Position numbers and translations under genes: made by a program. From the NCBI GenBank assembly GCA_963514005.1, contig OY740786.1, positions 110,732,001 through 110,796,000 on the forward strand: a stretch of DNA of 64,000 nt, written 5' to 3'. The DNA is from Raja brachyura (taxonomy: Eukaryota). Of this stretch, positions 37,533 to 49,713 are shown piece after piece; the first letter of the stretch is position 1, and each line of letters starts with the position of its first letter. A model generated the notes under the pieces. The model worked only from the letters and a program-made list of their open reading frames with translations. It made no database searches and was not told where the DNA came from.

Positions 37533-38247
37533 TGTGACAACACCCTCTCCCTCGGATGCCGCTCCTGATATCTATCACTGGCAGACTGGTCAGGAGAGGC
37601 CCATCCTTGGCTTCGTTGGTTACAAATGGGTACAATTAGCTAACATCCGATTGCCCCACCTAAACCTCGTCAGCCTACGCCTTGTGAAACCCAGACAGTC
37701 CAGCGAAAGGAGAGAGAGTGGGGTGCCTCCCTGCTAGCTGTGTTCCCCCGTCACAGGTTTGAGAAAGACTGAGCCATTGTGACGAGCCCAAAACCAGCAC
37801 CTCCACTGTCTTGTCAAGACTAGGCTGCCAGGAAGAAGCCCTAGACAGCCATCGCCACTACTGAGGCTAAGACTGAGTGGCTGGGGCAACCCTGAGGTGC
37901 CAGTGCCTCTTCCTGCCCACAGACAATGAGGGACTGTGCCCACACACAGAGGCAAAGACTGAACTGTCAAGATATGCAAAAGATAGCCAGCGCCTCCTCT
38001 TAAGGCAAGGGTGAACTGCAGGGAGAAGCATTAGATTGCCACACCTCCCCTTTCAAGTCCAGGACTGAGCTACCAGGACATGCCTGAGATCACCAGCACC
38101 ACCACAAATGCACCCTGACGACCAGGGACAGCGTCCCGTACAGTCCTGGACTTTATCGTCACTGTAAATAAAATATATCACTGCATTCACCCCTCCGTGA
38201 GTGTCAGTGTGGTCAGAATTGAACCCAGCAACATCCCTGACGCCAGA
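37533..38247 (+). mobile_element. possible solo LTR
   Basis: GC-richer ~715-bp block starting TGTGACA, with AATAAA near 38167, a degenerate 3' end and ATAT on both sides (37529-37532, 38248-38251). Confidence 0.35.
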
Positions 38248-39451
38248 ATATGTATATGCCAGGTTTACATTGCTCTGTGTTACTGATAACCAGCTGATGA
38301 AGTCATTATACACACATAACATCTTCAAATCACTGGAAATAGTTAGAATGGACCATCAAGATTACATGGATGCACATAGTTCAGCCCTATTGTTTCCTTG
38401 ACAAGTCCACAGTGTTATGTTGTAGAATAATATATCTGATGAAGATAATCAAATAGAGCCTGGGGAACGGTCTATTGATAATCAGTTTGACCTTTGCAGG
38501 AAGGCTGTGGAAAGATTATAATCATTTCTAACTACCCTGTTAAAATATGCGCATTGATCAATTTCAGAAAGTACAAGACTGGTTTTAATATTTATTTTGC
38601 CAAGCCCCCTGTTACAAAGTGAAAACCTTGTGAGCTGCTTCTGACCAAATTCTAGTCAGTAAACTCACAAAAAGTGTTTGAATAAGATTTACTCAGAAGA
38701 GAAAGAATAAATGCTCCAATGTTTTCAGAAATCAAACTGAGTAAAGAAAGCTTTGATGTAAATGAGTTAAGATTCAAGATGAATTCAAGGAGAGGTTGGA
38801 TCATAAATTATGAATAATTTATCCAACAGTTGACAGTGCTTCTCTAGAAATTTACAATCTTAGAGTTTTATGTCTTTAATTTAGTTTAATGTAGAATTAG
38901 AATAAGTACAATCCAAGTATGACCTGATCAAAGGAAGTAATTCCAAGTCTTCTCCTGAAGAAAGCTACTTTCAACATTAAATCAACCAGCAACACTTTAC
39001 TTATAGTCTTGTTAACAAATGCTAATAGTTCCTCTGCTTATTTCATTTTTTCCTTTGGCAAATACGTAATGTCTGATTTTCAGTTTCAGGACCAAAGGAA
39101 AATTTAAGTCTCCACCTCCCTCTGTAATAATAATTTATCAGAAAAATGTTGTTTTTTGGCCTACTGCACTCACTATTTTGATTTTTCTGGAAAATGAGGA
39201 ACACTAAATGATTTTCACATTGGCAAGATGTTTTCTACCTAATTTGGGACAGTAGCAGTAATCAGTAACACTGAGCATTTTAACTTGTTACATTTCAACA
39301 GTAATCACACACCTCTACATTTTAGCATAAGCCTTTCATTTTGTAAACTGTTTATATAAATGGTTCTATGAGTTACACTTATTAAAAGACAGATTAACAG
39401 AATAGTCTAAGCAATGAGGCAAATCGATACACTAACTAACAAAATGGTATT

Positions 39452-39529
39452 GACCCGAAACGTCGCCTATCTCCTTCGCTCCTTAGATGCTGCTGCACCC
39501 GCTGAGTTTCTCCAGCTTTTTGTGTAACC
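39452..39529 (+). mobile_element. Penelope-like-derived repeat with 15-bp TSD
   Basis: aacaaaatggtattg at 39438-39452 and 39530-39544; same subfamily as the copy at 46220-46312. Confidence 0.75.
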
Positions 39530-39666
39530 AACAAAATGGTATTGCTATGTTTCTACTTATGATTGCTTTACTTTCAATTAAGAACTTTTGATGCTCTCAG
39601 ACACTAACTGTGGTTGAGGCCTAAAATAGGTGGCTTTTTAGGTATCAAAAAAGTTCCAACTTAGAT

Positions 39667-39798
39667 GTTTAGAAAGGAACTGCAAATGCTGGTTTAAACC
39701 GAAGATAGACACTAAAAGCTGGAGTAACTCAACGGGTCAGACAGCATCTCTGGAGAAAAGGGATAGGTGACGTTTCGGGTCGAGACCCTTCTTCAGAC
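39667..39798 (-). mobile_element. Penelope-like-derived repeat with intact hammerhead core
   Basis: Near-consensus copy. Confidence 0.75.
39769..39796 (-). ncRNA. minimal hammerhead ribozyme motif, intact core, sense to efnb2 intron 1
   Basis: Reverse complement reads CTGAAGAAGGGTCTCGACCCGAAACGTC. Confidence 0.65.
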
Positions 39799-42367
39799 AG
39801 TGAATTTTGTTAATTGAGTGTGATTACGTTTCTGTAGTTGTTTTCCTAGTGTCTCTGACTTTGAGGAGGGAAAGAAATAGCCATCTTTGCCCCATTGTCC
39901 ACTTTGCATGAATGATCAATGGTATTTCTAATCTACAAACCCCCTTCCGAGTGGCACAACGTTAACTCATGCTGCTGATAAACTCATTAGCAACCTGTAA
40001 ATCAAGGGTCGATCAACATCTTGCCCCAATTACCCTTCAAGGCTCACGGATGAATATTAGATTCTGGAGAGTTACAGGGCTGCATTCCAGAGGAGCAGGC
40101 CAAGTGGGAATGAGCATGGAGAAACAATTAATATTATTGGGAGCAAAACAAATAGTTATGGTCTTTTTTCATACTTCCACAGTAGCTAGGAAACAAAATT
40201 CCCAACAGACTCTCATTAAGTTTCTCACAAAGTGAAGTTTTTAAAACCAGTGTATCTTGATATGAATAAATTATGTAATTGATTGCATATTCCATTCTAT
40301 AACCCCCACCCCTTCCACAATGCTAGCTCATCGGCTGAAAAACTCATTAGCAACCAATAAAACAATTGTCACTGCTCTGTAATTACTGGGACTGCCATCG
40401 TCCCAAAACCCAGTCGTCTTTGCCTTTTTTTCTTTTCCAAAGCCTCGGTGTTGAGCAAAGAGGCAACTTTTAAGCAAAAATCAAAAAGGAGCTTTTCACC
40501 TCTGTTAGGATTTTGCACATTTTCCCATCCTTAAAATCTTTTTGACGGTACTGAATTTAAATATATTTTAACAGATTGTACATCTAACAGTTGATACTTC
40601 ATTTAGCCTTTCATTTCCTGAGACAGCTGGATGTACTTATTAGGATTATGGGGGGAAAAGGATTGGGTTGAATACTAAAGATCAGTTCAGATGTGTTGGG
40701 AGGGAAGCCGTACTGGGGGAACGCCGTTATCAGAGTAGCCAGTGGACAATGTGGTGTTTATCTTAGCCTTTCTCGTGGAGGGATAGACTAAAGTCTGTGC
40801 CTGAAAGATGGTTACATCAAAAGCACTATGTTTTCCTTTCAGATAACCTCAGACCTGCCAATTCTCCCATATTCCGTTGCAACTCAGCATGTTACTCTCT
40901 GTGGCATAAATAGATGAAAGACACAATCTCAATGTGAACTTAAGCCAACAGAATTGCTACTGCTGGGCCGGAGGAGAAATTAAAAGTCTCTTGCCTAACC
41001 AATGGTACAAGCTAGGGCTTTGGGCGTACGGGTGTACACTAAAGCAGCAAATTAAATCTACCTTTTTCATATTACGCACAATGAATGAACAAGAACTGAG
41101 CAGCTTTTCTTCACCGTCCTCCAACCCAAGCCAGAAATACATGCCCTTTATACATCCTAATCCTAACCTGACGTTACAGAGCAAAATGCTCATCAGCTCT
41201 GAACACTGCTTCCCTCCTTTCCCTTTCAAATCTCAATGATAGATGTGTCAGTTTGGGCATGAAAAAAATCTATATGTTGCCTTGGCAACAACAGTTCCCA
41301 CTTATATTTTGCTCACAAAATGGTTCCACCACCCTACTATTTATCAGAAAGACATAATTTTAGCTAGATTTTGATTTCCATATTCTGTCCCATGCTGGTT
41401 TCAGCTGTAGCACAAACAAATTATTGTCAATAACTTGAGGTTGATATCTTTTTAAATACTGTACTGGGACTTCCCAAAAATCTCTACCCAATGTTTGAAG
41501 GATGTTTCTCGGAAGAAAATACTTGAATACTTCTGCAAGAAAACATATAATGTGTCCATACCTACAAATATCCACATGATTCCCTTCATCGTGTATCTGT
41601 ACACTACAAATGGCTCGATTGTAATCATGTTCTGTCTCTCCACTGACTGGGTAGTACGCAACAAATGCTTTTCACTGTACCTCGCTATACGTGACACTAA
41701 ACAAAACTAAACTAATCATTAATCTAGGAAAGCTAAATGAAAAATGTAACACCTTAAACATGTTTTTCTGATCAGCAACAACTGTTTTATTTTATACCCA
41801 GTATTTTGAATTTTGGACATTTGATTTCTTTTTGGCAATGTTTATCGACCTTAATCCAATACAGAGAGAGAAGGGGAGCAAAAAATCTGCAAGAAGAGCA
41901 AATTATTACTGCCTATGGTAGTGGTTAAGAAAACTGGTTTGACAAGTCTTCTACTCTACAAGGTTTATACATAAATATTTTGCCTTAAAATATAAAAGTT
42001 CAACAAAATGTTTACAACACACATAGTTGATCATGATACCTTATGATGAAAAGAGTCAACTGTCTTTACCAACGTCTCTCCTGCACCCTTACTACTCATG
42101 CACAAAATTATGCAACATCAAAAGGCAGTTGTTGCCAAACCTAACCAACAATGAGTTTACTGAAGTTGCATTTTTCTTTGTTCTTTTCTCCTTTGTCAGT
42201 TAAAACATAATTATATGATGTTAAGATGTTCTGCACCCATGCAAGTACTGTCTGCATTCCTTCAATATTACATAATTTGAATCAATACTTTAATACATAA
42301 ATTATATGTAAACCTCTTAAGTAAAAAGCTGATCAACCTGTTCTCCCTCTTAACTGGGCCAATGGCA

Positions 42368-42443
42368 CAGATTCAGATTCAGATTCAGATTCAATTTTAA
42401 TTGTCATTGTCAGTGTACAGTACAGAGACAACGAAATGCATTA
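42368..42443 (-). repeat. ~75-bp retro-tail element with (tctgaa)n tail, copy 1
   Basis: Reverse complement matches 48125-48198 exactly. Confidence 0.75.
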
Positions 42444-42561
42444 GAATTGTTACTTAGAATTGTTTGTTTTGAAGGGATACTTCACATAAAAATGTCTATT
42501 TTATACATCCCAATCATTAGTAAAAGGAACTTGCCCCTACCAGCCTGACTTAGCGCACAAT

Positions 42562-42758
42562 GTGCAGGAAGGAACTGCAGATGCTGGTTTACACCGAACA
42601 TAGACACAAAGTGCTGGAGGAACTCAGCAGGTCAGGCAGCATCTCTGGAGAAAAGGAATAGGTACGCTTCTGTCAAGGGTGTTGACCCAAAACGACACCT
42701 ATTTCTCCAGAAATGCTGCCTGACCTGCTGAGTTACTGCAGCATTTTGTGTCTGTCTT
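42562..42758. mobile_element. fold-back pair of Penelope-like-derived repeat
   Basis: gacacaaagtgctggaggaactcagcaggtcaggcagcatctctggagaaa ... tttctccagaaatgctgcctgacctgctgagttactgcagcattttgtgtc. Confidence 0.7.
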
Positions 42759-43857
42759 ATGCACAGACCTACGCTCTAATGACCTCTACAGCTACACTTC
42801 ATAAACAAACATTTGTTTCACTCTTTAATATAGGCAGATTCCCTTCTCATACTGTAAACAGTACCTTTCCCATGACTAATCTCGAAAGGTAGGATCGGGA
42901 AATGTGTATTCATATCTGCCAGAATTAAAATTCCTCAGGGGTGAAGTATAAGGGTGGGAATACAATGCCTAGAAACAGGCTTCTCGGTTTTTTTTTGCTG
43001 TAAGACTGCCACACCTTCTAGACCCATGCAATTTTATGAAAGCAATGGGACAAAATCAACTGCAATGAGGCTTTTTTCTTAAAGCAAGTGCAGGTCTGTT
43101 TTATCATATCTCTTCAAGTGGTATTTATGACCTCGCATAACACTTCATGCTGGTTCCCATGTACAGTACTATGTGGCAATTTATTTTAATCAAATTAATG
43201 CCTACTTCGCAAGAGTCTAACAATTTAAATCTCTCCTGACAATAACACATTATGATTTTAACACAGCCTGATTTTAATAAGCACGGTAACATGTTCAAAG
43301 AACAGCATTCAAAACCCATTCTATTATGAACACCAAAACTATCAAGACAATTATGCATCTTAAGACTAATCATGTCTTCAACAGATCTAAAACTTTTGTT
43401 ACATAGAAGTAAGGTAAAAAAAAAATTGCACTATGCTATGTCTGAATTCCATATTCTTATTAATTGTCACACTTTCAGGAATTAATCTAAAGTCTGCACT
43501 TAAAAAAAATTAAAGATCCTGATGAGTTTAATTTAACCAGAACATTAAATTTGTTTAATGAAAGTCTGTGACCGTGTATATGCAATGCACTTCTATTTAT
43601 ACAACAAAAATACTTCCTTCTTCCATTCTCATATATTAAAGCAAGGTGACCCCAGATAAAGTTGCAATGTCCAGTTCTGGGCCTAACTCAGAACACAATT
43701 ATATGGTGAGGAGGAGCAGCAGCGCAGAGATAGGCTGTTCAGCATCTCAAGCCTCCCACGTCTTTCAATAATATCATGGCTGATCAAATTGCAATGCATC
43801 TTGCTAACCTGTCGTACCATCACTTTTCATCCATTGTTTATCAAGTCGTTTCGTTTA

Positions 43858-45365
43858 CAGTGTTTGGGACAAAGACCCATCATTTATTTATTTGCCTCTG
43901 TACTCTACAATTTGAGATAGAAAAAAATCACATGTGATTAAAGTGCACATTGTCAGAATTTATTAAAGGGTATTTTTATACATTTTGGTTTTTACCATGT
44001 AGAAATTACAGCTGTGTCCATACATCGTCCCCCCCCATTTCAGGGCACCATAATGTTTGCGACACATGGCTTCACAGGTGTTTGTAATTGCTCAGGTTGC
44101 TCTCAGCACCTAGTCTTTCCATCACCTTTGGAAACTTTTATTGCTGTTTATCAACATGAGGAACAAAGTTGTGCCAATGAAAGTCAAAGTAGTATTATGA
44201 GACTGAGAAAAAAGAATAAAACTGCTAGAGGCATCAGCCAACCCTTAGGCTTACCAAAATCAACTGTTTGGAACATCATTAAGATGGAAGAGAGCACTGG
44301 TGAGCTTACTAATCGCAAAGGGACTGGCAGGTCAAGGAAGACCTCCACAGCTGATGACAGAGGAATTCTCTCTATAATAAAGAGAAATCCCCAAACACCT
44401 GTCCAACAGATCAGAAACACTCTTCAGGAGTGGATTTGTCAATGACCACTGTCCGCAGAAGACTTCATGAACAGAAATACAGAGGCTGCACTGCAAGATG
44501 CAAACCACTGGTTAGCCACAAAAATAGATGGCCTGGTTATAGTTTGCCACAAAGTACTGAAAAGAGCAACCACAGTTCTGGCAATAGGTCTTGTGGACAG
44601 ATGAGACAAAGATGAACTTATATCAGAGTGATGGCAAGTGCAAAGTATGGAGGAGAGAAGGAACTGCCCAATATCCAAAGCACACCATCTCTTCTGTGAA
44701 ACACGGTGGTGGGGGTGTTATGGCCTGGGCATCTATGGCTGCTGAAGGTACTGACTCACTTATCTTCATTGATGATACAACTGCTGATGGTAGTAGCATA
44801 ATGAATTCTTTATAGACACATCCTATCTGCTCAAATTCCTTCCTTCAAACAAATGCCTCAAAACTCATTGGCCGGCAATTCATTCTACAGTAAGACAATG
44901 ATCCCAAACATACTGCTAAAGCAACAAAGGAGTTTTTCAAAGCTAAAAAATGGTCAATTCGTGAGTGGCCAAGTCAATCGGCCATCCTGAACCCAATTGA
45001 GCATGCCTTTTATATGCTGGAGAGAAGACTGAAGGGACCTAGCCCCCAAAACAAGCATAAGCTAAAGATGGCTGCAATACAGGCCTGGCAGAGCATCACC
45101 AGAAAAGACACCCAGCAACTGGTGATGTCCATGAATCGCAGACCAAGCAGTTTCAAGCAAAGGATACTAAATATACTAAACATGACTACTTCCATTTACA
45201 TGACATTGCTGTTCCCCTAACATTATGGTGCCCTGAAATGGGGGACTATGTATAAACACTGCTGTAATTTCTACATGGTGAAACCAAAATGTATAGAAAT
45301 GGCCTTTATTAAAATCTGACAATGTGCACTTTAATCACATGTGATTCTTTCTGTTACAAATCTCA
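43858..45365 (+). mobile_element. Tc1-family DNA transposon (IR/DR type) with dead transposase
   Basis: TA|CAGTG left end. About 200-bp inverted repeats (cagggcaccataatgtt / aacattatggtgccctg; atcacatgtgattaaagtgcacattgtcaga and its complement). Frameshifted transposase with WTDETK, VKHGGGGVMAW, Q*DNDPKH and WPSQS..LNPIEH (DD34E-type motifs). Right end truncated by a SINE head at ~45366-45407. Confidence 0.9.
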
Positions 45366-46219
45366 TCAAACCTGGGTCTCTGGCGCTGTGAAGCAGTAAC
45401 TGTACCGAGTACCTCTCAGTTTCTCATTTAAAATTGTTTTAAGGGTCACTAAGGAGGGGAGTTTAAATGACTCACAAACTCTGGGTGAAAAAAAATTACT
45501 TTGTCCCTGCTTTAAATGGGTATACCGTTATTTTTAAAGTTTCTAATAATTCTATGTACTCAGCACAACAAATAAATCTTCTCCATATTTAACATGTCAA
45601 GTATCTTTGAGCCCTTTTATGTATCAATGAAGGTTTGGTCTTACTCTTCTAAACTCCACTAGATACCAAGCCTAAAGAGATGTGATAATTTACCTTCAAA
45701 AGAGCGGTATAATATTACCACACCTCTTTACATCACTGATCTACACTGATTAACAAGGACTCATTGGTAAATATGATTTGAATATGTTATGATACATTAG
45801 ATGTTTCATTTAATGTTTTGTACAGATGAGTATGTTACAAGCATATCAAGCGATTCGATATTTGCATCATCATTTTGCACAATATCATTCCCTGGCTCAT
45901 TTATGTTCACAACTGGCATAATGCACAAATTGAACATTCCTGTTTTTCAATTCCAATGTTATCAAAGTGTTTCTTGCCCAGTGTATTCTCTGTACCTTTA
46001 AGCAACTTATTTATGGATCGACATAACTAGGTTTGATAAAGAGAAGAGATTGGGTATAACAGTCATTAGCATTCAGGAACTGGAACTCTTATTTAATTAG
46101 GACTGCAAAGAAAGGACTTTCTCAAGTAACAAGAAACATGTGCGCAATATATTTTCAAACCATTTTTTATCTCAATGTATCCCAAACCACCTGATCTTCA
46201 TGTTGTTTTACAATAATAT

Positions 46220-46312
46220 GTCTGAAGAAGGGTCTCGACCCGAAACGTCGCCTATCTCCTTCACTCCTTAGATGCTGCTGCACCCGCTGAGTTTCTCCAG
46301 CTTTTTGTGTAA
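46220..46312 (+). mobile_element. Penelope-like-derived repeat with 36-bp flanking duplication
   Basis: cacctgatcttcatgttgttttacaataatatgtct at 46188-46223 and 46313-46348. Confidence 0.8.
46222..46249 (+). ncRNA. minimal hammerhead ribozyme motif (Penelope-type), intact core
   Basis: CTGAAGA-A-GGGTC-TC-GACCC-GAAAC-GTC: C3-A9 core, extra A, 5-bp stem II, G12-A14, palindromic ACGU in place of stem III, GUC cleavage triplet. Confidence 0.65.
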
Positions 46313-47036
46313 CACCTGATCTTCATGTTGTTTTACAATAATATGTCTCCTAAACATCACAATAGTTGCTAGTGATATTTTTAACATCTTCATTCATAAA
46401 AAGGCTACCTATAATTTGTCGAGGCAGGATGTAATGACATACTCGTGAGCTTTCTTTGAATGGAGAGCCTGATAATCTGATCTTTGCTCACATCACACAT
46501 GCTTTTACTCACTATGGCTAATAAATAGCACTCAGAAGGGGAACCCTGGTGCATTCTCCTCCCAGTCCAGAGGCACAGAGCATACTGTAGCACCCCATCG
46601 TTCTACCTGTGTCCTCTAGTGCGTTTACTTAGACAACCCACCATTGAGCCCAATAATGCAAATATATATTATTTTGCAGAGTAGGAAGGTGTTAATACTG
46701 AACACGCAACTGGTAGGAATGAATCACCTGAGCTATTTGAGGTAGCTGACTGTAAATTGAGAATATGTTAATTTACCAAAACTAAAACACTATTTTACTC
46801 TGGCATTGATAAGCCGTGTCAGAGCACAACACTTTCTCATCAAGTTACGATAGTGAATGCAAAATGCTTCACCAGCACAGATGCTAATGTGCCTACAAAC
46901 CACAAATGGATTTGCTTGTCCTCTAAAATCTGGTCCCTTTGAAAAGTGGCATGCTTCTTAATGAAGCAAAATTCACTGCCTAGACGTTCTGGTTCTGTGA
47001 ACAGAAAGCTGTCTGTTGGCTCTGCACTCGTGTTGA

Positions 47037-47168
47037 TGTGAAGGAAGGAACTGCAGATGCTGGTTTACACTGAAGATAGACACAAGATGCTGGAGTAAAA
47101 CGGGACTGCCAGTATCTCTGGGGAGAAGGAATAGATGACGTTTTGTGTCGAAACCCTTCTACAGACTG
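47037..47168 (-). mobile_element. Penelope-like-derived repeat, degenerate core
   Basis: Family consensus; core reads CTGTAGA...CAAAACGTC. Confidence 0.65.
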
Positions 47169-48124
47169 AGATGCTTGCATTTTACATGTTCTATGCCTTC
47201 AGCTGCTGCTGCTTGCTCACCATCCCAATATTCCCTTGGAAACAAAAAGCATACATACTTTGCCTATAATACAGATCAGCATTTTATTTCTTTGTGGTTA
47301 GGTTTATCATGATGACACTAGGACCCTGCCCAAAATCTAGTTTTTTGCTGATTTGAATTATTCAAAGAAGTTCAGGTAATATTTGCACAACACGGCATTT
47401 GATAGCAGCGATATGTTATGCTCATCTCTGAATTTCCTTCAGACAAAGTTCATAAATGTAAGCCAGAAACAACTGCCTATTCAACTACTTCCTCCACCAA
47501 CACCTTTCATGACAGTACTTTTAAAGAAGGCATCCCTCACAACCAACTGAAGGAAATAAGTCAGATTCAGAAGTGCAATGAGTAATGGTATCAGTACAAC
47601 CGCTCTCAAAAATATAACATAATGAACAGATACTGTCGTTCAACAAGACCGGGACTGATTGTGTATCTCAGCACTACTTGGCTGCACTAACTAACTCCAT
47701 ATTCCCTTGGTTGCCTTAATTTATAAAAAAAAATAATTATCGCCTCTTTATTGAATTTACTTGTCTTGAAAACATTTACAGAAATTAATAATCATAGTTT
47801 GTTCCTTTGCTACAGTCCTTTGAAAGATCAGAAGGAAACAATTTTATCATTGAGCTTCCTTTGTTCATCAACTTCCTGGAGACACGTTGAATTGCAACAG
47901 AACGTATTTTAAAGTTTAAAAAAACGTAATTCTCGGGGGAAAATAAAAGAATATTCCTTAATAATAAAGGTTGCCTCTTTATTATTATTCCCATGTCACA
48001 GGAAGCATGTTAGAAACACAAGATATTTTAAAGAATGACAGCAGACATAAACGGGAACGTATGAAAAATAGCAGTTTTTCTCAGTCGGTCAGAGAAGATT
48101 AAGAGGAATCTTACAGAGGCTTCA

Positions 48125-48198
48125 TAATGCATTTCGTTGTCTCTGTACTGTACACTGACAATGACAATTAAAATTGAATCTGAATCTGAATCTGAATC
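48125..48198 (+). repeat. ~75-bp retro-tail element with (tctgaa)n tail, copy 2
   Basis: taatgcatttcgttgtctctgtactgtacactgacaatgacaattaaaattgaa(tctgaa)3; tcataa on both sides; abuts a minus-strand CR1 tail (48199-48330). Confidence 0.75.
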
Positions 48199-49713
48199 AT
48201 AAGGTCGGAGGTGATAGGAGCAGAATTAGGCCATTCGGCCCATCAAGTCTACTCCACCATTCAATCATGGCTGATCTATCTCTCCCTACGAACCCTATTC
48301 TTCTGCCTTTTCCCCATAACCCCTGACATCCGGAAATTATAAAGAATCTTGTGATGGGCTCTTTTAACCAACTGGCGAATGGTTTAAAAAAAAAGGAACT
48401 GACTGATTTGTTGAACCAATGGTTATTGGAACATGGATACCTTTGCATTATAACCATAAAACAGAGCTCCTAATGACAGTTGTATGGGAAGTGGACTGTA
48501 ACGTAATCAAAGGATATGAGGAACAGAGAAATTAGATTAGGATGAATGGCCCCAGGTGAAAACATGCACAGTGGCACTGGGGCAAGTGATCTCCATATGC
48601 ATATGGTTCTATAATCATTACAGCAGTAGGGTATGTTTCAGAACATTTACATAACTGGATGGAATTGAGACTTGCATCTTTTACTTTTAAGCAGAGGTGA
48701 AAGACAGATTAAAAATGTCAAACGTCCCTGTTGTTTTGGATGGACATCATAGTAATGGGTGTTTGTACACCTGTAAATCAATTAGTCTGACTGGAAAATG
48801 TTAATTGGTTAAAAATGTTCCAGCTATCCTTGATGATTTTGCCCAAATCTTGAGACTCTGCTGCACTGGAGAATTATAAATAAGGAAACAGCAGCAATCA
48901 GATGGCAGTAAATGTGCATAGGCTCTTTGTTTAAGTACAACCTTGAGACAGTACAAGTTCTCAAGAATTAGTATGTCCGCACCCTAACTGCTGTGACAAT
49001 TGTGAATCAATTCAATTTACAAGGAAATAGGGCTGATGTGAATGAATAGAACTTGAGGGGGGAATCACTGCCAATTTACCATTAACCATCATGAGTGAAA
49101 TTTTAAAAGCAATTCACGTAAAGAAAAATGTTTCTACTATTTTGTAAACAAATACTCATCTGATCAGATCACGGACTGAAAGCGTAAATTGTGCTTTCAT
49201 CCTTTTCAGGTGCAGGAGAGTAATCGAGATAATGATTTTCACCATTACCTTAGGGATGGGCCTTGGTAGACCCCAAAAATGAATTTTAAAAACTTTTGGG
49301 TTTTTTCCAATCATGAATTTATCAAAATGATCTATGCTTGCTGCCTTCAGTGCATTATAGAAGCACTTCACCGCAAGCGAGCAAAACTATTCCTCACTCT
49401 CCTCACCTGAGAGTCAACGGGCAATGAAGCGCTTCTTGAGCAATGTGCCAATGTAAAACAATGTGTCTATGAGCAGGATGCTCATTAATCTCAATGCTGC
49501 ATGGATATTCTCTGGTGAGAGTTCATTGCATCAACCCAATGAGCTGTAGAAAATAATCAGTTCCTTAAAATGCATGAAAACACTGTGCAACACATCGCGG
49601 AGCAGACTGGGCAGATAAGACGATCCACCCTTGCCACACAGGTTAAAAGGCCCAGTAAACAGATGCACAACATGAGGAAAATATAACAACTACAAAACAA
49701 AGTTTATATCTCG

